Of a stretch of DNA of 64,000 nucleotides, positions 1 to 9,799 are shown piece by piece. Source of the stretch: Collinsella sp. (GTDB lineage: Bacteria; Actinomycetota; Coriobacteriia; Coriobacteriales; Coriobacteriaceae); contig DXLR01000016.1 in assembly GCA_019414625.1 (NCBI GenBank), forward strand, positions 11,159 through 75,158, read 5' to 3'. The stretch's first letter is position 1. Each line of letters opens with the position of its first letter. The notes beneath the pieces are model-generated. The model was not told the origin of the DNA. It saw nothing but the letters and a program-made list of their open reading frames with translations, and did not search any database. Made by a program: the position numbers and the translations under genes.

Positions 1-147
1 CCCGTTGTGGTCGAAGGCATCGAGACAAATGAGCAGGCAAACATGCTACGCCAAATGGGCGCCCGCTACGCTCAGGGCTTCCTCTACTACCGTCCCATGC
101 AGGCGGAGGATTTTGAGGCACTGCTCGACGGTGGCGACAGCAACTAA
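1..147 (+). CDS. C-terminal end of an EAL-domain (c-di-GMP phosphodiesterase-type) protein, partial
   Basis: Frame 1 reads PVVVEGIETNEQANMLRQMGARYAQGFLYYRPM...GDSN*, matching the EAL C-terminal motifs VxEGVET and QGY/F. Confidence 0.85.
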   Translation, partial: PVVVEGIETNEQANMLRQMGARYAQGFLYYRPMQAEDFEALLDGGDSN

Positions 148-271
148 TACGCTCGTGCGCAAACGCCACCGTCGAGGGAGCGTTTGTTCCCATGAGTTAA
201 CTAATATCCCAATTTAAACCGAATTGGGAGTAAGATACAAACCATTGTTCCATCCAAGGAGGCAATCCATC

Positions 272-1003
272 ATGAACGAGTCGTATCGCCTGGGCGAGCA
301 ATCAATCATCGCTCATCTTCAGCGACTTGCGAACGGGGCCTCAACCACCGAGCTCGATGTTGCCGCGCTGCCCCCGGAGTTGCGTGCCATCGGTGAGCAA
401 CTGCAGAAAACGCTCGCCATCCTGCAACAAGAACGCGAGCTGCTTGAGCACGGCGCCTATATCGACTCGCTCACCAATCTTGGCAACCGTGGCGGACTCG
501 ACCGCCATGTCGATCAGCTCTGGCGCAAAGGCACCCCCTTCACCTGCGCCTATATCGATATCGACCGCCTTAAGCATTGCAACGATAAGTTTGGCCACAC
601 CGAGGGCAATCGCTACATTCTGAGCATCTGCCGCGCACTCACCGAGACAATGGAGCACGATGAGTTGCTGTTCCGTATCGGTGGAGACGAATTTGTACTT
701 ATATCCCCCACGACAGACGAAGCCGAGCTCGAGCAGCGCCTGGAGCGGACGCGTGCCAATCTTATCGAGGCAACATCAGGCGACAAGGCGCCCATGATCG
801 CCAGCTTTAGCTTTGGCTGCTCGCGCGTCGACCCACTTGCAGGCGATACGCGTCGCCAGATGACAAAGGACGCCGACCGCAAAATGTATCGCTACAAGCT
901 CATGTACCGTGTGCAACAACCGGAAGAAGGCGATGCGCCGCAACGCCCGGTCACCGAACAACCCCCCCCTGCAACGACCGAGTGTTCCAAGCGATCTCCA
1001 TGA
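272..1003 (+). CDS. GGDEF diguanylate cyclase, N-terminal part of a gene frameshifted at a C8 tract
   Basis: DSLTNLGNR, DIDRLKHCNDKFGHTEGN and RIGGDEF motifs; AAGGAGG upstream of ATG at 272. Confidence 0.85.
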   Translation: MNESYRLGEQSIIAHLQRLANGASTTELDVAALPPELRAIGEQLQKTLAILQQERELLEHGAYIDSLTNLGNRGGLDRHVDQLWRKGTPFTCAYIDIDRLKHCNDKFGHTEGNRYILSICRALTETMEHDELLFRIGGDEFVLISPTTDEAELEQRLERTRANLIEATSGDKAPMIASFSFGCSRVDPLAGDTRRQMTKDADRKMYRYKLMYRVQQPEEGDAPQRPVTEQPPPATTECSKRSP

Positions 1004-1803
1004 GCTCCGAGACACGCTATCCGTTCATCATTAACCTCGACACCGGCGAATCGCAATGGTCGGTTAATGCCGTGCGCGATTTTGACCTACCCTCCCAGCA
1101 TCCCTACAACTCGCTCGATATATGGCTTGCCCGTGTTCACCCCGAGGACCGCGACAACGTACGTGCCGAGCTCGATATGGTGGTAAACGGCACGTGGCAC
1201 TTCCACTGCATGCAGTATCGCGTCATGAATACCGCCGGAAAATACGCGCTTTGCGACTGCACGGGTTACCGCCTGGACGGCACCGATACCGAGCCCAACA
1301 TGTATGTGGGCATTGTCACCAACCGAAGCTTGGCAGATACGACCGATTCCGTGACCGGTCTGGGCGATATCCACGCCCTGGTCAACGCCATTGGCGAGAT
1401 GCGTCGCGTGGCACGAAACGCGGGCTTGATCGCCATTAAAATCGACGAAATCGCACAGGTCAATGCCCGCTTTGGCTTTGATGCAGGCGACCGCGTTTTG
1501 GCAGAAAGCGCCGCCTGCCTCATGGATTGCTCGCGCGGCAAGGGTCGTCTGTTCCGCTCGACCGGACCGATGTTCGTGGCGCTCTTTGACGAGCTTGATC
1601 CCGAAGAGACCGACGCGGTTGCAGACGAAATCGAACGGTTCTTGGGATCGCCCGTGCTCCTTGGCTCATTTGAATATCAGCCGCCCCTTCGCGTGGCCAC
1701 GCTTCATCTGGACGCCGTCGACCGACAGCCCGTTTCCATTTTGAACGAACTTAATGCGCTGATTAAAGAGGCGCCGCAGGTACCGGGCACCAAGCTGGAC
1801 TAG
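970..1803 (+). CDS. PAS plus degenerate GGDEF domain, probably the C-terminal part of the preceding gene
   Basis: VHPEDR PAS motif, DSVTGL and VNARFGFDAGDRVL; the frame opens right after the C8 tract at 962-969 and lacks a clear RBS. Confidence 0.7.
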   Translation, partial: CNDRVFQAISMSSETRYPFIINLDTGESQWSVNAVRDFDLPSQHPYNSLDIWLARVHPEDRDNVRAELDMVVNGTWHFHCMQYRVMNTAGKYALCDCTGYRLDGTDTEPNMYVGIVTNRSLADTTDSVTGLGDIHALVNAIGEMRRVARNAGLIAIKIDEIAQVNARFGFDAGDRVLAESAACLMDCSRGKGRLFRSTGPMFVALFDELDPEETDAVADEIERFLGSPVLLGSFEYQPPLRVATLHLDAVDRQPVSILNELNALIKEAPQVPGTKLD

Positions 1804-1911
1804 CGTTATGGGGCGCGATGCGAAACACAGCCCGTTTCGCATCGCGCCCCACGCCATCTGCCCTCTCGTGCGATAATCCTCCGCAGAAGTCACCGACAGC
1901 AGAGGGAGTTT

Positions 1912-2538
1912 GTGATGAAGGTTCTTTTGGTCAATGGCAGCCCCAAGGCAAACGGCAACACCGCCCGCGCACTCGCCGAGGTCGCCGAGCAGCTCAACGC
2001 CGAGGGTATCGATACCGAGATGTTTCAGCTGGGCGCCAAGCCCATTCGCGATTGCATTGGTTGCGGCCAGTGCGGCAAGCTCGATTGCCGTTGCGCCTTT
2101 GACGACGATGTGGTCAACGAGCTGATTGCCGCCGCCGAGCAGGCAGACGGCTTTGTCTTTGGCTCGCCCGTCTACTATGCGCACCCCAGCGGACGCATCC
2201 TCTCGGCTCTCGACCGCGCATTCTATGCAGGCAGCAAGGCCTTTGCGTACAAGCCGGGCGCCGCTGTCGCCGTTGCCCGCCGCGGCGGCACGTCGACCAC
2301 CTTCGACGTGCTCAACAAGTACTTCACCATCAACCAGATGCCCGTGGTAGCGTCCACGTACTGGAACAACGTGTTTGGCTGCGTGCCCGGCGACGCCGAC
2401 GGAGATGCCGAGGGTCTGGCCACCATGCGCAACATCGGCAAGAACATGGCCTGGCTCCTGCGTTGCATCGAGGCGGGAAAGGCCGCCGGCATCGAAGCGC
2501 CCCAGGCCGATCGCGCTAGGACCAACTTCATCAGGTAG
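1912..2538 (+). CDS. Flavodoxin-family / iron-sulfur flavoprotein (NADPH-dependent FMN reductase fold)
   Basis: NGSPKANGNT, CIGCGQC..C, GSPVYY motifs. Confidence 0.9.
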   Translation: MMKVLLVNGSPKANGNTARALAEVAEQLNAEGIDTEMFQLGAKPIRDCIGCGQCGKLDCRCAFDDDVVNELIAAAEQADGFVFGSPVYYAHPSGRILSALDRAFYAGSKAFAYKPGAAVAVARRGGTSTTFDVLNKYFTINQMPVVASTYWNNVFGCVPGDADGDAEGLATMRNIGKNMAWLLRCIEAGKAAGIEAPQADRARTNFIR

Positions 2539-2555
2539 AACGGCGGAACCAAACA

Positions 2556-2897
2556 ATGAATATTCAAATCTTTGGCACCAAAAAGTCCTTCGACACCAAG
2601 AAGGCCCAGCGCTATTTTAAGGAGCGCCGCATTAAGGTGCAGTTTATTGACCTTAAGGAAAAGGAGATGAGCAAGGGCGAGCTCACGAGCGTGATGCAGG
2701 CGGTTGGCGGCATCGACAAGCTGCTCAACCCCAAAGCCAAGGACGAGGAGACGCTCGCACTCATCCAGCACCTCACCCCCAGCCAACGCTTCGATAAACT
2801 GCTCGAGAACCAGCAGGTTCTGGCCGAGCCCATCGTGCGCAACGGCAAGAAGGCCACCGTCGGCTATTGTCCCGATGTGTGGGGAGCCTGGGAGTAG
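2556..2897 (+). CDS. ArsC/Spx-family protein
   Basis: MNIQIFGTKKSFDTKKAQRYFKERRI...PIVRNGKKATVG is typical of the ArsC-like family. Confidence 0.8.
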   Translation: MNIQIFGTKKSFDTKKAQRYFKERRIKVQFIDLKEKEMSKGELTSVMQAVGGIDKLLNPKAKDEETLALIQHLTPSQRFDKLLENQQVLAEPIVRNGKKATVGYCPDVWGAWE

Positions 2898-2962
2898 CCT
2901 GTGTTATTTGTCGGCGCGTGGGTATAAGAGCTGGCGTTTGGCATAAAATTCAACTGTAAGCC

Positions 2963-4114
2963 ATGTCTAACAAAGGAGGGCACATGCCCAACAAACCCGT
3001 GAAGATCATCATGCTTACCGGATACCTCGGTGCCGGCAAGACCACGCTGCTCAACCACATCCTCGCCAACGACGGCGGCATCCGCGCCGCCGTGATCGTC
3101 AACGATATCGGCGAGATCAACGTCGACGCCAGCCTTATCGCCGACGGCGGCCTTTCCGAGACCGACGACCTCATCCCGCTCACCAACGGCTGCATCTGCT
3201 GCACGCTTTCGGACGACCTGGCCAACCAGCTGCAGGGCATCGCCGATTCGGGCAAGTTCGACTACATCATCATCGAGGCCTCGGGTATCTGCGAGCCTAT
3301 CCCCATCGCCTACACCATCTCGAGCTTCTGCGATGAGGCCAAGGTGGGCGGCGAGCCCAAGCTCGCGCTCGACAACATCGTGGCCGTGGTCGACTGCGCC
3401 CGCATGTACGACGAGTTCAACGGCGGTCGCGACCTGCTGGCCGAGGACATTGACGAGGATGACATCGAGAGCCTGCTTATTCAGCAGATCGAGTTTTGCT
3501 CCACGCTGATCCTCAACAAGACCGATACCGTCACGCCTGAGCAGATCGCCGAGCTCAAGGCCATTGTGCGCAGCCTGCAGAAGGACGCCGTGATTGTCGA
3601 GGCCCAAAACGGCGAGGTCCCCATGGAGGAGCTGCTCGACACCGACCGCTTCGACTTTATGCGCGCCTATAACTCCGCCGCCTGGATCGAGGCCATGGAG
3701 CATCCCGAGGAGCACGACGACCCCGAGGTGCTCGAGTACGACATCGAGACCTTTGTGTACTCGCGCCGCAAGCCGTTTGACCTGCAGAAGTTCACCGATT
3801 TTGTTGAGCAGGAGTGGCCCGACGAGGTCATTCGCGTCAAGGGCCCGCTGTGGCAGACCGGCGATCCGGACATGTGCTACATGTTTGAGCAGGCCGGCCA
3901 CCAGATGCGCCTGATGGAAAACGGCCTGTTTGTCGATTCTGCGCCCGAGAGCGAGAAGCAGAAGATCATCGACGAGAACCCCGAGATCATGCAGATTTGG
4001 GACGACGAGACGGGCGACCGCATGACGAGCCTGTGCATCATCGGCCGTCACATGGACAAGGACGCGCTCATCGCCGCCCTCGATGCCTGCCTGACCGACT
4101 GGCACCGCGCCTAG
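2963..4114 (+). CDS. CobW/COG0523 metallochaperone GTPase
   Basis: GYLGAGKTT, NGCICC, IEASG, NKTD, CobW_C-like C-terminus. Confidence 0.92.
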   Translation: MSNKGGHMPNKPVKIIMLTGYLGAGKTTLLNHILANDGGIRAAVIVNDIGEINVDASLIADGGLSETDDLIPLTNGCICCTLSDDLANQLQGIADSGKFDYIIIEASGICEPIPIAYTISSFCDEAKVGGEPKLALDNIVAVVDCARMYDEFNGGRDLLAEDIDEDDIESLLIQQIEFCSTLILNKTDTVTPEQIAELKAIVRSLQKDAVIVEAQNGEVPMEELLDTDRFDFMRAYNSAAWIEAMEHPEEHDDPEVLEYDIETFVYSRRKPFDLQKFTDFVEQEWPDEVIRVKGPLWQTGDPDMCYMFEQAGHQMRLMENGLFVDSAPESEKQKIIDENPEIMQIWDDETGDRMTSLCIIGRHMDKDALIAALDACLTDWHRA

Positions 4115-4151
4115 GCTATCGAGGCGGACGTTTTCCGCCCACGTAACCGCC

Positions 4152-4190
4152 AAACCACCACGAAGGTGCCTGTCCCCTTCGTGGTGGTTT
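4152..4190. repeat. Intergenic hairpin with CCTGTCCCC core (REP-like or terminator)
   Basis: aaaccaccacgaagg-tgcctgtcc-ccttcgtggtggttt. Confidence 0.7.
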
Positions 4191-4213
4191 TTCATTCTGA
4201 GCCAAGGAGATTC

Positions 4214-4813
4214 ATGTTCAATATCGTGCTGTACGCACCCGAGATTCCGGCCAATACGGGCAATATCGGCCGTACCTGCGTGGTCACCGGCGCCCACTTG
4301 CATCTGGTGGAGCCGCTGGGCTTTTCGCTCGACGACAAGACGGTGCGTCGCGCCGGCCTGGGCTACTGGCAAAACTTGGACGTGACGATCTATGCCGGCT
4401 GGGAGGATTTCCTTGCGCGTAACGCCCTCTCCCCCGCCGATGAGCGCCTGCACCTGCTGACCAAAAAGGCGCGCCGTACTTATGCGCAAAGCACCTACCG
4501 CGACGGCGACTATCTGGTCTTTGGCAGCGAGAGCTCGGGGATTCCCGAAGACCTGCTCGCCGCGGCGCCCGAGCGCTGCGAGCGCATCCCGATGCTGCGC
4601 GATTGCGACTCACTCGATAACGCCGAGGCTTGGGAAGCCCACGAGGAATCGCTCGGACATACCGAAGACAGCCACGAGGCCATCCTTCAGCAGGATATCT
4701 GCGGCAATTTCGTCGACCCGAACGACTACCGCATCAGCGCACTCAACCTCTCCAATAGCGCCGCCATCGTCCTCTACGAGGCCCTGCGCCAGACAGGCTT
4801 TCCTGGAATGTGA
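4214..4813 (+). CDS. trmL: tRNA (cytidine/uridine(34)-2'-O)-methyltransferase with an internal insertion
   Basis: PEIPANTGNIGRTC, RRAGLGYW, FGSESSG, LNLSNSAAIVLYEALRQ. Confidence 0.9.
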   Translation: MFNIVLYAPEIPANTGNIGRTCVVTGAHLHLVEPLGFSLDDKTVRRAGLGYWQNLDVTIYAGWEDFLARNALSPADERLHLLTKKARRTYAQSTYRDGDYLVFGSESSGIPEDLLAAAPERCERIPMLRDCDSLDNAEAWEAHEESLGHTEDSHEAILQQDICGNFVDPNDYRISALNLSNSAAIVLYEALRQTGFPGM

Positions 4814-4839
4814 CAAAGGGACCGTCCCTTTGTCACATT
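4807..4839. repeat. Palindrome family A, copy 1
   Basis: aatgtgacaaagggac-c-gtccctttgtcacatt; it supplies the trmL stop codon. Confidence 0.95.
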
Positions 4840-4906
4840 GATGCACCAAATAACGAGCCATTGCTTTTAATCAGAATTTACTAGAATAAAATGAAGTTAA
4901 ACGGCG

Positions 4907-6025
4907 ATGCGAAAGGAGAGCCTTGTGGAATATCTCGAGAACCCGTTTACTCCCAGTTTTGGTGAGGTTCCTGCCCATCTCGCCGGCAGACAACAGATTA
5001 TTCGGGATTTGGACCGTGCCTTCTTGAGTCAGCGTAGACGCCCGGAATTGACCTCGATCTTCTCAGGCGCGCGTGGAACCGGCAAAACCGCTCTCATGTC
5101 GTCGCTCGCGACAAGGGCGGAATCCCACGGCTGGATAGCCGTAAAGACGACCGCGCTCTCGGGAATGCTTGAGGAAATCGAGCTCGGGGCGAAACGTGCC
5201 GCAGGCCATCTCATCGGTCCGCCCAACAACTTCGAAGTCACCGGTCTCGGAATTACACCGCTCGGCAGCATCGAGGTCAATCGCGTTCACGACGCCTCAA
5301 CCTGGCGCTATCGCATGAGCGACATCATCGACCAGCTCAACGAAACGGGCACCGGTCTGCTCGTCACGGTTGATGAGGTCGACCCGACGCTCGACGAGAT
5401 GATCCAGCTCGCAGCCACGTATCAGCACTTTGTGACCGATGGGAAACGCGTCGCCCTACTCATGGCGGGACTTCCCAACAACGTCTCGACGTTGCTGAAC
5501 CACAAGACGGTCTCGTTCCTTCGTCGCGCCCAGCAATATCATCTGGGGCGTATCGCCGACTACGACGTGCGCGAGGCCTTGATCCGAACGATCCAGGAAA
5601 ACGACCGTCTGGCGGATGCCGAGGGAATCGATAAGGCCGTTCGCTCGATTTCGGGCTTTCCTTTCCTTTTGCAGCTTGTGGGTTACCGCGCCTGGGATCT
5701 CACGAGCAACTCGAGGGAAATATCATCTCGCGACTTTGACCAGGGAATCAAAATCGCACGCGATGAAATGGACGACAGAATCCTCGCAGCGACCTATCGG
5801 GAACTCACTGCGGAGGACAAGCGATTTCTCATCGCCATGCTCGATGACGAGGAAGAGTCCACCACCGCTGACCTTGTCGAGCGCCTTAAGCGTTCGCCGC
5901 AACAGGTCTCCCGCTACCGACGCCGCATGATAGACGCCGGCATCATTGGAGAACGCGGGCGCGGAATCGTCGCTTTTGAATTACCGTTCTTCCGCGACTA
6001 TCTCGCCGCTCAATGCGTGAAATAG
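4907..6025 (+). CDS. AAA+ ATPase (AAA_16-like) with probable C-terminal winged helix
   Basis: NPFTPSFG..LAGR, Walker A GARGTGKT, Walker B VTVDE, C-terminal SRYRRRMIDAGII. Confidence 0.85.
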   Translation: MRKESLVEYLENPFTPSFGEVPAHLAGRQQIIRDLDRAFLSQRRRPELTSIFSGARGTGKTALMSSLATRAESHGWIAVKTTALSGMLEEIELGAKRAAGHLIGPPNNFEVTGLGITPLGSIEVNRVHDASTWRYRMSDIIDQLNETGTGLLVTVDEVDPTLDEMIQLAATYQHFVTDGKRVALLMAGLPNNVSTLLNHKTVSFLRRAQQYHLGRIADYDVREALIRTIQENDRLADAEGIDKAVRSISGFPFLLQLVGYRAWDLTSNSREISSRDFDQGIKIARDEMDDRILAATYRELTAEDKRFLIAMLDDEEESTTADLVERLKRSPQQVSRYRRRMIDAGIIGERGRGIVAFELPFFRDYLAAQCVK

Positions 6026-6032
6026 GCATCGG

Positions 6033-6063
6033 ATGTGACAAAGGGACTGTCCCTTTGTCACAT
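6033..6063. repeat. Palindrome family A, copy 2
   Basis: atgtgacaaagggactgtccctttgtcacat, located between convergent genes. Confidence 0.95.
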
Positions 6064-6067
6064 TCTG

Positions 6068-8560
6068 CTAGAGGTAATGGCCAGTGATGCTTGCGGAGCA
6101 GGCAGCGATGTCGCCCGGCGTACCGGTGCAGACGATTTGCCCGCCCGCGTCGCCGCCACCCGGACCCATGTCGATCACGTAATCGGCGTTACGGATAAGG
6201 TCGAGGTCGTGTTCGATCACGATAACCGTGGCGCCCTTGGCAACGAGTCCGTCAAACACACTCAGCAGCACCTGAACATCGAGCGGATGCAGGCCGATCG
6301 TGGGCTCGTCGAACACGAATACGGCATCGTCCTGCACGCGGCCCATCTCGCTTGCAAGCTTAAGTCGCTGCGCCTCGCCGCCCGAGAGCGCCGGCGTGGG
6401 CTCGCCAAGTGTCAGGTAGCCCAGACCCAGGCCATGCAAGGTCTGCAGGCGCGCCTGAACTTTCTTGAGTCCCACCGTGGCGTCGAGGGCCTCGTCCACA
6501 CTCATGTCCATGAGCTGCGGCAACATGAGCAGACTGCCGTCCTTGCCCTCGCGATGAATATGCGAGGCTGCGTCTGCATAACGCGAGCCACGGCATGCAG
6601 GACAGACAATCTCGACATCGGGCAAAAACTGCACGTCGAGCGATATCGAGCCCGTGCCATCGCACGTGGGGCAGCGCAAAGCGCCAGTGTTGTAGCTAAA
6701 GGCACCCGCCTTATACCCTGACGCCTTGGCCTCGGGCGTACGGGCGAAGGCGCGGCGCAGCTCATCATGGATGTCGGCATAGGTCGCTACCGTCGAGCGT
6801 ACGTTGGCGCCGATGGGCGTGGCGTCAATCAGGTTGGCGCGCGCGATGCCCTCGGCATCGACCCAACGCACGTGCCTTGGCAGGCGCTCACCGGCTGCCT
6901 GTGCCTTGAGCGCCGGGATGAGCGTCTCGAGCACCAGTGTCGTCTTGCCCGAACCCGAAACACCCGTCACCGCGACAAGGCGGCCGCGCGGGATATCGAC
7001 TTCGAGTGGTTTGACGGTATGGATGGCATCGGTCGCCATGCGGATATGGCCTAGGTCGAACATTTCGTCGTCAGCCACCTGCGGGCGCAGACGCTTGGGG
7101 TCCGAGCGCAAGAACGGCGCGATGCGGCTGCCCTGCGATTGTTCGACCTCGTCTACCGTACCGGCGGCGATTACATGGCCGCCGCCTGCTCCCGCAACGG
7201 GGCCCATCTCGACCAGATAGTCGGCTTCTGCCAGCACGCGCGTGTCGTGGTCGACAACAACCACGGTATTGCCGTCGACCACCAGATCGCGCATCACGCC
7301 CACCAGACCGTCGACATTGGCAGGATGCAAGCCGATCGAAGGCTCGTCCAGCACATACAGCACACCCGTCGATCGGTTGCGCACCACGCGGGCAAGCTGT
7401 ACGCGCTGGCGCTCACCCGTAGACAGCGTGGCACCGGCGCGGTCGAGCGAAAGGTAATCGAGGCCCAGGTCGACCAGGCGGCGGGCCGTACTCAAAAACG
7501 AATCGCAGATGTTCGTCGCCATGGGCCGCATCTCGGTCGGCAAGGATGCGGGCACCCCGCGCACCCACTCAATCGCCTCGCCCAGCGTCATGGCCGCCGC
7601 CTGCGCCAGATTGATACCGCGCACCTGGGGCTGGCGCGCAGCCTCGGAAAGACGCGTGCCCCCGCAATCGCGGCACGGTCCCTCGCGCAAAAAGCGTGCA
7701 ACGCGTTTGAGGCCCTTGTCGTCCTTAACCTTGGCGAGCGCATTCTCAACGGTATAGACGGCGTTGTAATAGGTAAAGTCGAGCGGCGTGGCGCCCTCGC
7801 CGTTTTTGGGAACGTAAAGAATGTGCTTCTTAACCGCCGGACCATGGAACACGATGTCGCGCTCTTGAGGCGCGAGCTGGTTAAACGGCACGTCGGTACG
7901 TACGCCCATCTCACCTGCCACCTGCTTCATCAAGTCCCACATGAGCGTGCCCCAGGGAAGCACCGCGCCTTCGTTGATGGTCTTGGACTCGTCGGGCACC
8001 AGACTCGCTTCGTCCACCTCGCGCATGACACCGGTACCGCCACAGGTGGGGCATGCACCGCCACTGTTAAAGGCAAGGTCCTCGGCACCCGGCGCATAGA
8101 ACTCGCGGCCGCATGCGGGGCACGTGAGCGACAGGCCCGCCGCCACGTTAAGGCTCGGCTCCACACGCGCCCCGCAATGCGAGCACACGTGATGGGCGCA
8201 GCGGCTAAAGAGCAGGCGCAGGCTGTTGTTGAGCTCGGTCATGGTACCAAAGGTCGAACGCACGCCCGGTACGCTGGGGCGCTGATGCAACGCGAGCGCC
8301 GCCGGCACGTGCAGCACCTCGTCCACCTGTGCGTGCTCGGCCTGCGTCAGACGACGGCGGGTATAAGTGCTGAGCGCCTCCAGATAACGACGCGAGCCCT
8401 CGGCATACAGAACCCCCAGCGCTAGCGAGCTCTTGCCCGAACCCGACACGCCGGCAATACCCACGAGCTTTCCCAGCGGATTATCGATATCGATGTCCTT
8501 GAGGTTGTGGACACGCGCGCCGCGTACCTCAATAGCGCTTGGTTGTTGCGACACCGTCAT
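6068..8560 (-). CDS. UvrA-like ABC ATPase (class II, UvrA2/DrrC-like)
   Basis: GARVHNLKDIDI, two GVSGSGK Walker A motifs, LSTGERQR and LSGGEAQRLKLA, Zn-finger CxxC pairs; about 830 aa; RBS before ATG 8560. Confidence 0.88.
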   Translation of the reverse strand: MTVSQQPSAIEVRGARVHNLKDIDIDNPLGKLVGIAGVSGSGKSSLALGVLYAEGSRRYLEALSTYTRRRLTQAEHAQVDEVLHVPAALALHQRPSVPGVRSTFGTMTELNNSLRLLFSRCAHHVCSHCGARVEPSLNVAAGLSLTCPACGREFYAPGAEDLAFNSGGACPTCGGTGVMREVDEASLVPDESKTINEGAVLPWGTLMWDLMKQVAGEMGVRTDVPFNQLAPQERDIVFHGPAVKKHILYVPKNGEGATPLDFTYYNAVYTVENALAKVKDDKGLKRVARFLREGPCRDCGGTRLSEAARQPQVRGINLAQAAAMTLGEAIEWVRGVPASLPTEMRPMATNICDSFLSTARRLVDLGLDYLSLDRAGATLSTGERQRVQLARVVRNRSTGVLYVLDEPSIGLHPANVDGLVGVMRDLVVDGNTVVVVDHDTRVLAEADYLVEMGPVAGAGGGHVIAAGTVDEVEQSQGSRIAPFLRSDPKRLRPQVADDEMFDLGHIRMATDAIHTVKPLEVDIPRGRLVAVTGVSGSGKTTLVLETLIPALKAQAAGERLPRHVRWVDAEGIARANLIDATPIGANVRSTVATYADIHDELRRAFARTPEAKASGYKAGAFSYNTGALRCPTCDGTGSISLDVQFLPDVEIVCPACRGSRYADAASHIHREGKDGSLLMLPQLMDMSVDEALDATVGLKKVQARLQTLHGLGLGYLTLGEPTPALSGGEAQRLKLASEMGRVQDDAVFVFDEPTIGLHPLDVQVLLSVFDGLVAKGATVIVIEHDLDLIRNADYVIDMGPGGGDAGGQIVCTGTPGDIAACSASITGHYL

Positions 8561-8582
8561 CGCTTCCTTTCCTGTTGATCGA

Positions 8583-8613
8583 ATGTGACAAAGGGACAGT
8601 CCCTTTGTCACAT
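8583..8613. repeat. Palindrome family A, copy 3
   Basis: atgtgacaaagggacagtccctttgtcacat. Confidence 0.95.
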
Positions 8614-9731
8614 CACTCGTGCCATAAAATGCGATCGCGAATGTACGCACCCAGCATGGGCACGGTAAACCGGACGAGGCCGTATCCGGCAGCCTCGATG
8701 ACGCGCTCGCGAATCAGGCTTGCGCGATATTTACTCGCCCAGCTCTGGGTACGGTCGCAGCGCTCAATGATATCCGCCATGCGCGTCGGCTCACCCTCGT
8801 CAGCAGCCATAGCTTCGATAAAGAGGCGTTGCGGACTGCGCAATCCATAATACAGGGGCGCGTCAACCGCTTCGTAGAACTCAGAGACGGCATCCGCATG
8901 GCCATCCTCGACATCGCGCCTTTCAATGACCCGCGAGTAGCGCCGGACAGCAGAGCGCCACATGTAATAGCCCACCAGCTGAACCATATAGGGATGCCCC
9001 ATACTCTTGCGTGCCGCAAGGCCCGCCGTCTCCGCGTCGACGCAAAGGCCAGCATCTTTAACCGTCTGGATATATGAATCGCGCACCTTGGGCAAAGATA
9101 TCGCCCCCAGCGTACGCTGCTGGGCACGCCGCAAAAACGTCACGCTCGGCTCTTCGAGCAGATCGTCAACCATACTGGGCAAGCCGGCGAATACCAGCGC
9201 AAGACCGCGCTGGTCGCTATCGGACAAGCCCGTGGCATCCTGATCTCCGAGCACCTGCTGATAGAGAACGGCAAGAGCCGCCAGTTCCTCGATAGACGCA
9301 GATTGCGCCTCGTCAATCGCAAACAGTATGCCCTTGCCTGGACCGAGCTTCTTGAAGCGCTCGTTGACCAGCCCTCGCAACGTTTCGCCCTTTGCTCGCG
9401 CCGCCTCGACCGACATCCGGCCAAACGACGGACCGAATTCCATTGACGTCACAACGGGTTTATTCGAGCGGAGCGCGTCGGCCAATCGGTCGCATAAGCC
9501 AAGCGAAGCGGAATCGGAGACAACCGCCCATCCGCGCTCGCTGGCTAGACGTTGCAGCTCCCGCAGGAGAACCGTTTTGCCACAGCCGCGGTTTCCCGTA
9601 ATGAGCATGAGCCTGCCCGGCGCTCCGGCGCCGTTGTCGAGTCCTTCCTCAAAATCTTCGATGACCGACTCGCGACCGATGAGTATCGGAGGGCGCTTGC
9701 CAGCCGTTGGCTTAAAGGGATTTGGATTCAT
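8613..9731 (-). CDS. AAA+ ATPase (AAA_16-like), distant paralog of 4907..6025
   Basis: NPFKPTAG..LIGR, GNRGCGKT, AIDE, TFLRRAQ shared with the paralog. Confidence 0.85.
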   Translation of the reverse strand: MNPNPFKPTAGKRPPILIGRESVIEDFEEGLDNGAGAPGRLMLITGNRGCGKTVLLRELQRLASERGWAVVSDSASLGLCDRLADALRSNKPVVTSMEFGPSFGRMSVEAARAKGETLRGLVNERFKKLGPGKGILFAIDEAQSASIEELAALAVLYQQVLGDQDATGLSDSDQRGLALVFAGLPSMVDDLLEEPSVTFLRRAQQRTLGAISLPKVRDSYIQTVKDAGLCVDAETAGLAARKSMGHPYMVQLVGYYMWRSAVRRYSRVIERRDVEDGHADAVSEFYEAVDAPLYYGLRSPQRLFIEAMAADEGEPTRMADIIERCDRTQSWASKYRASLIRERVIEAAGYGLVRFTVPMLGAYIRDRILWHE

Positions 9732-9764
9732 GTCGGCCTCCTCGGATTGGCAAAGGCTAGCAAT

Positions 9765-9797
9765 AGTTATACCAACTTATACCGAGTTATACCAACT
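9765..9797. promoter_or_regulatory. Three 10-bp tandem repeats upstream of the AAA ATPase
   Basis: agttatacca acttataccg agttatacca act. Confidence 0.55.
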
Positions 9798-9799
9798 GA

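Noticed and set aside
2864..4489. Long antisense ORFs (also 1666..2556, 19879..21375, 21556..23145, 54340..55656, 56904..58160)
   Set aside because: Shadow ORFs opposite well-supported genes, as expected in high-GC DNA
6068..8560. Canonical uvrA
   Set aside because: Shorter than typical UvrA and in an accessory context; called class II UvrA-like, so no symbol was given
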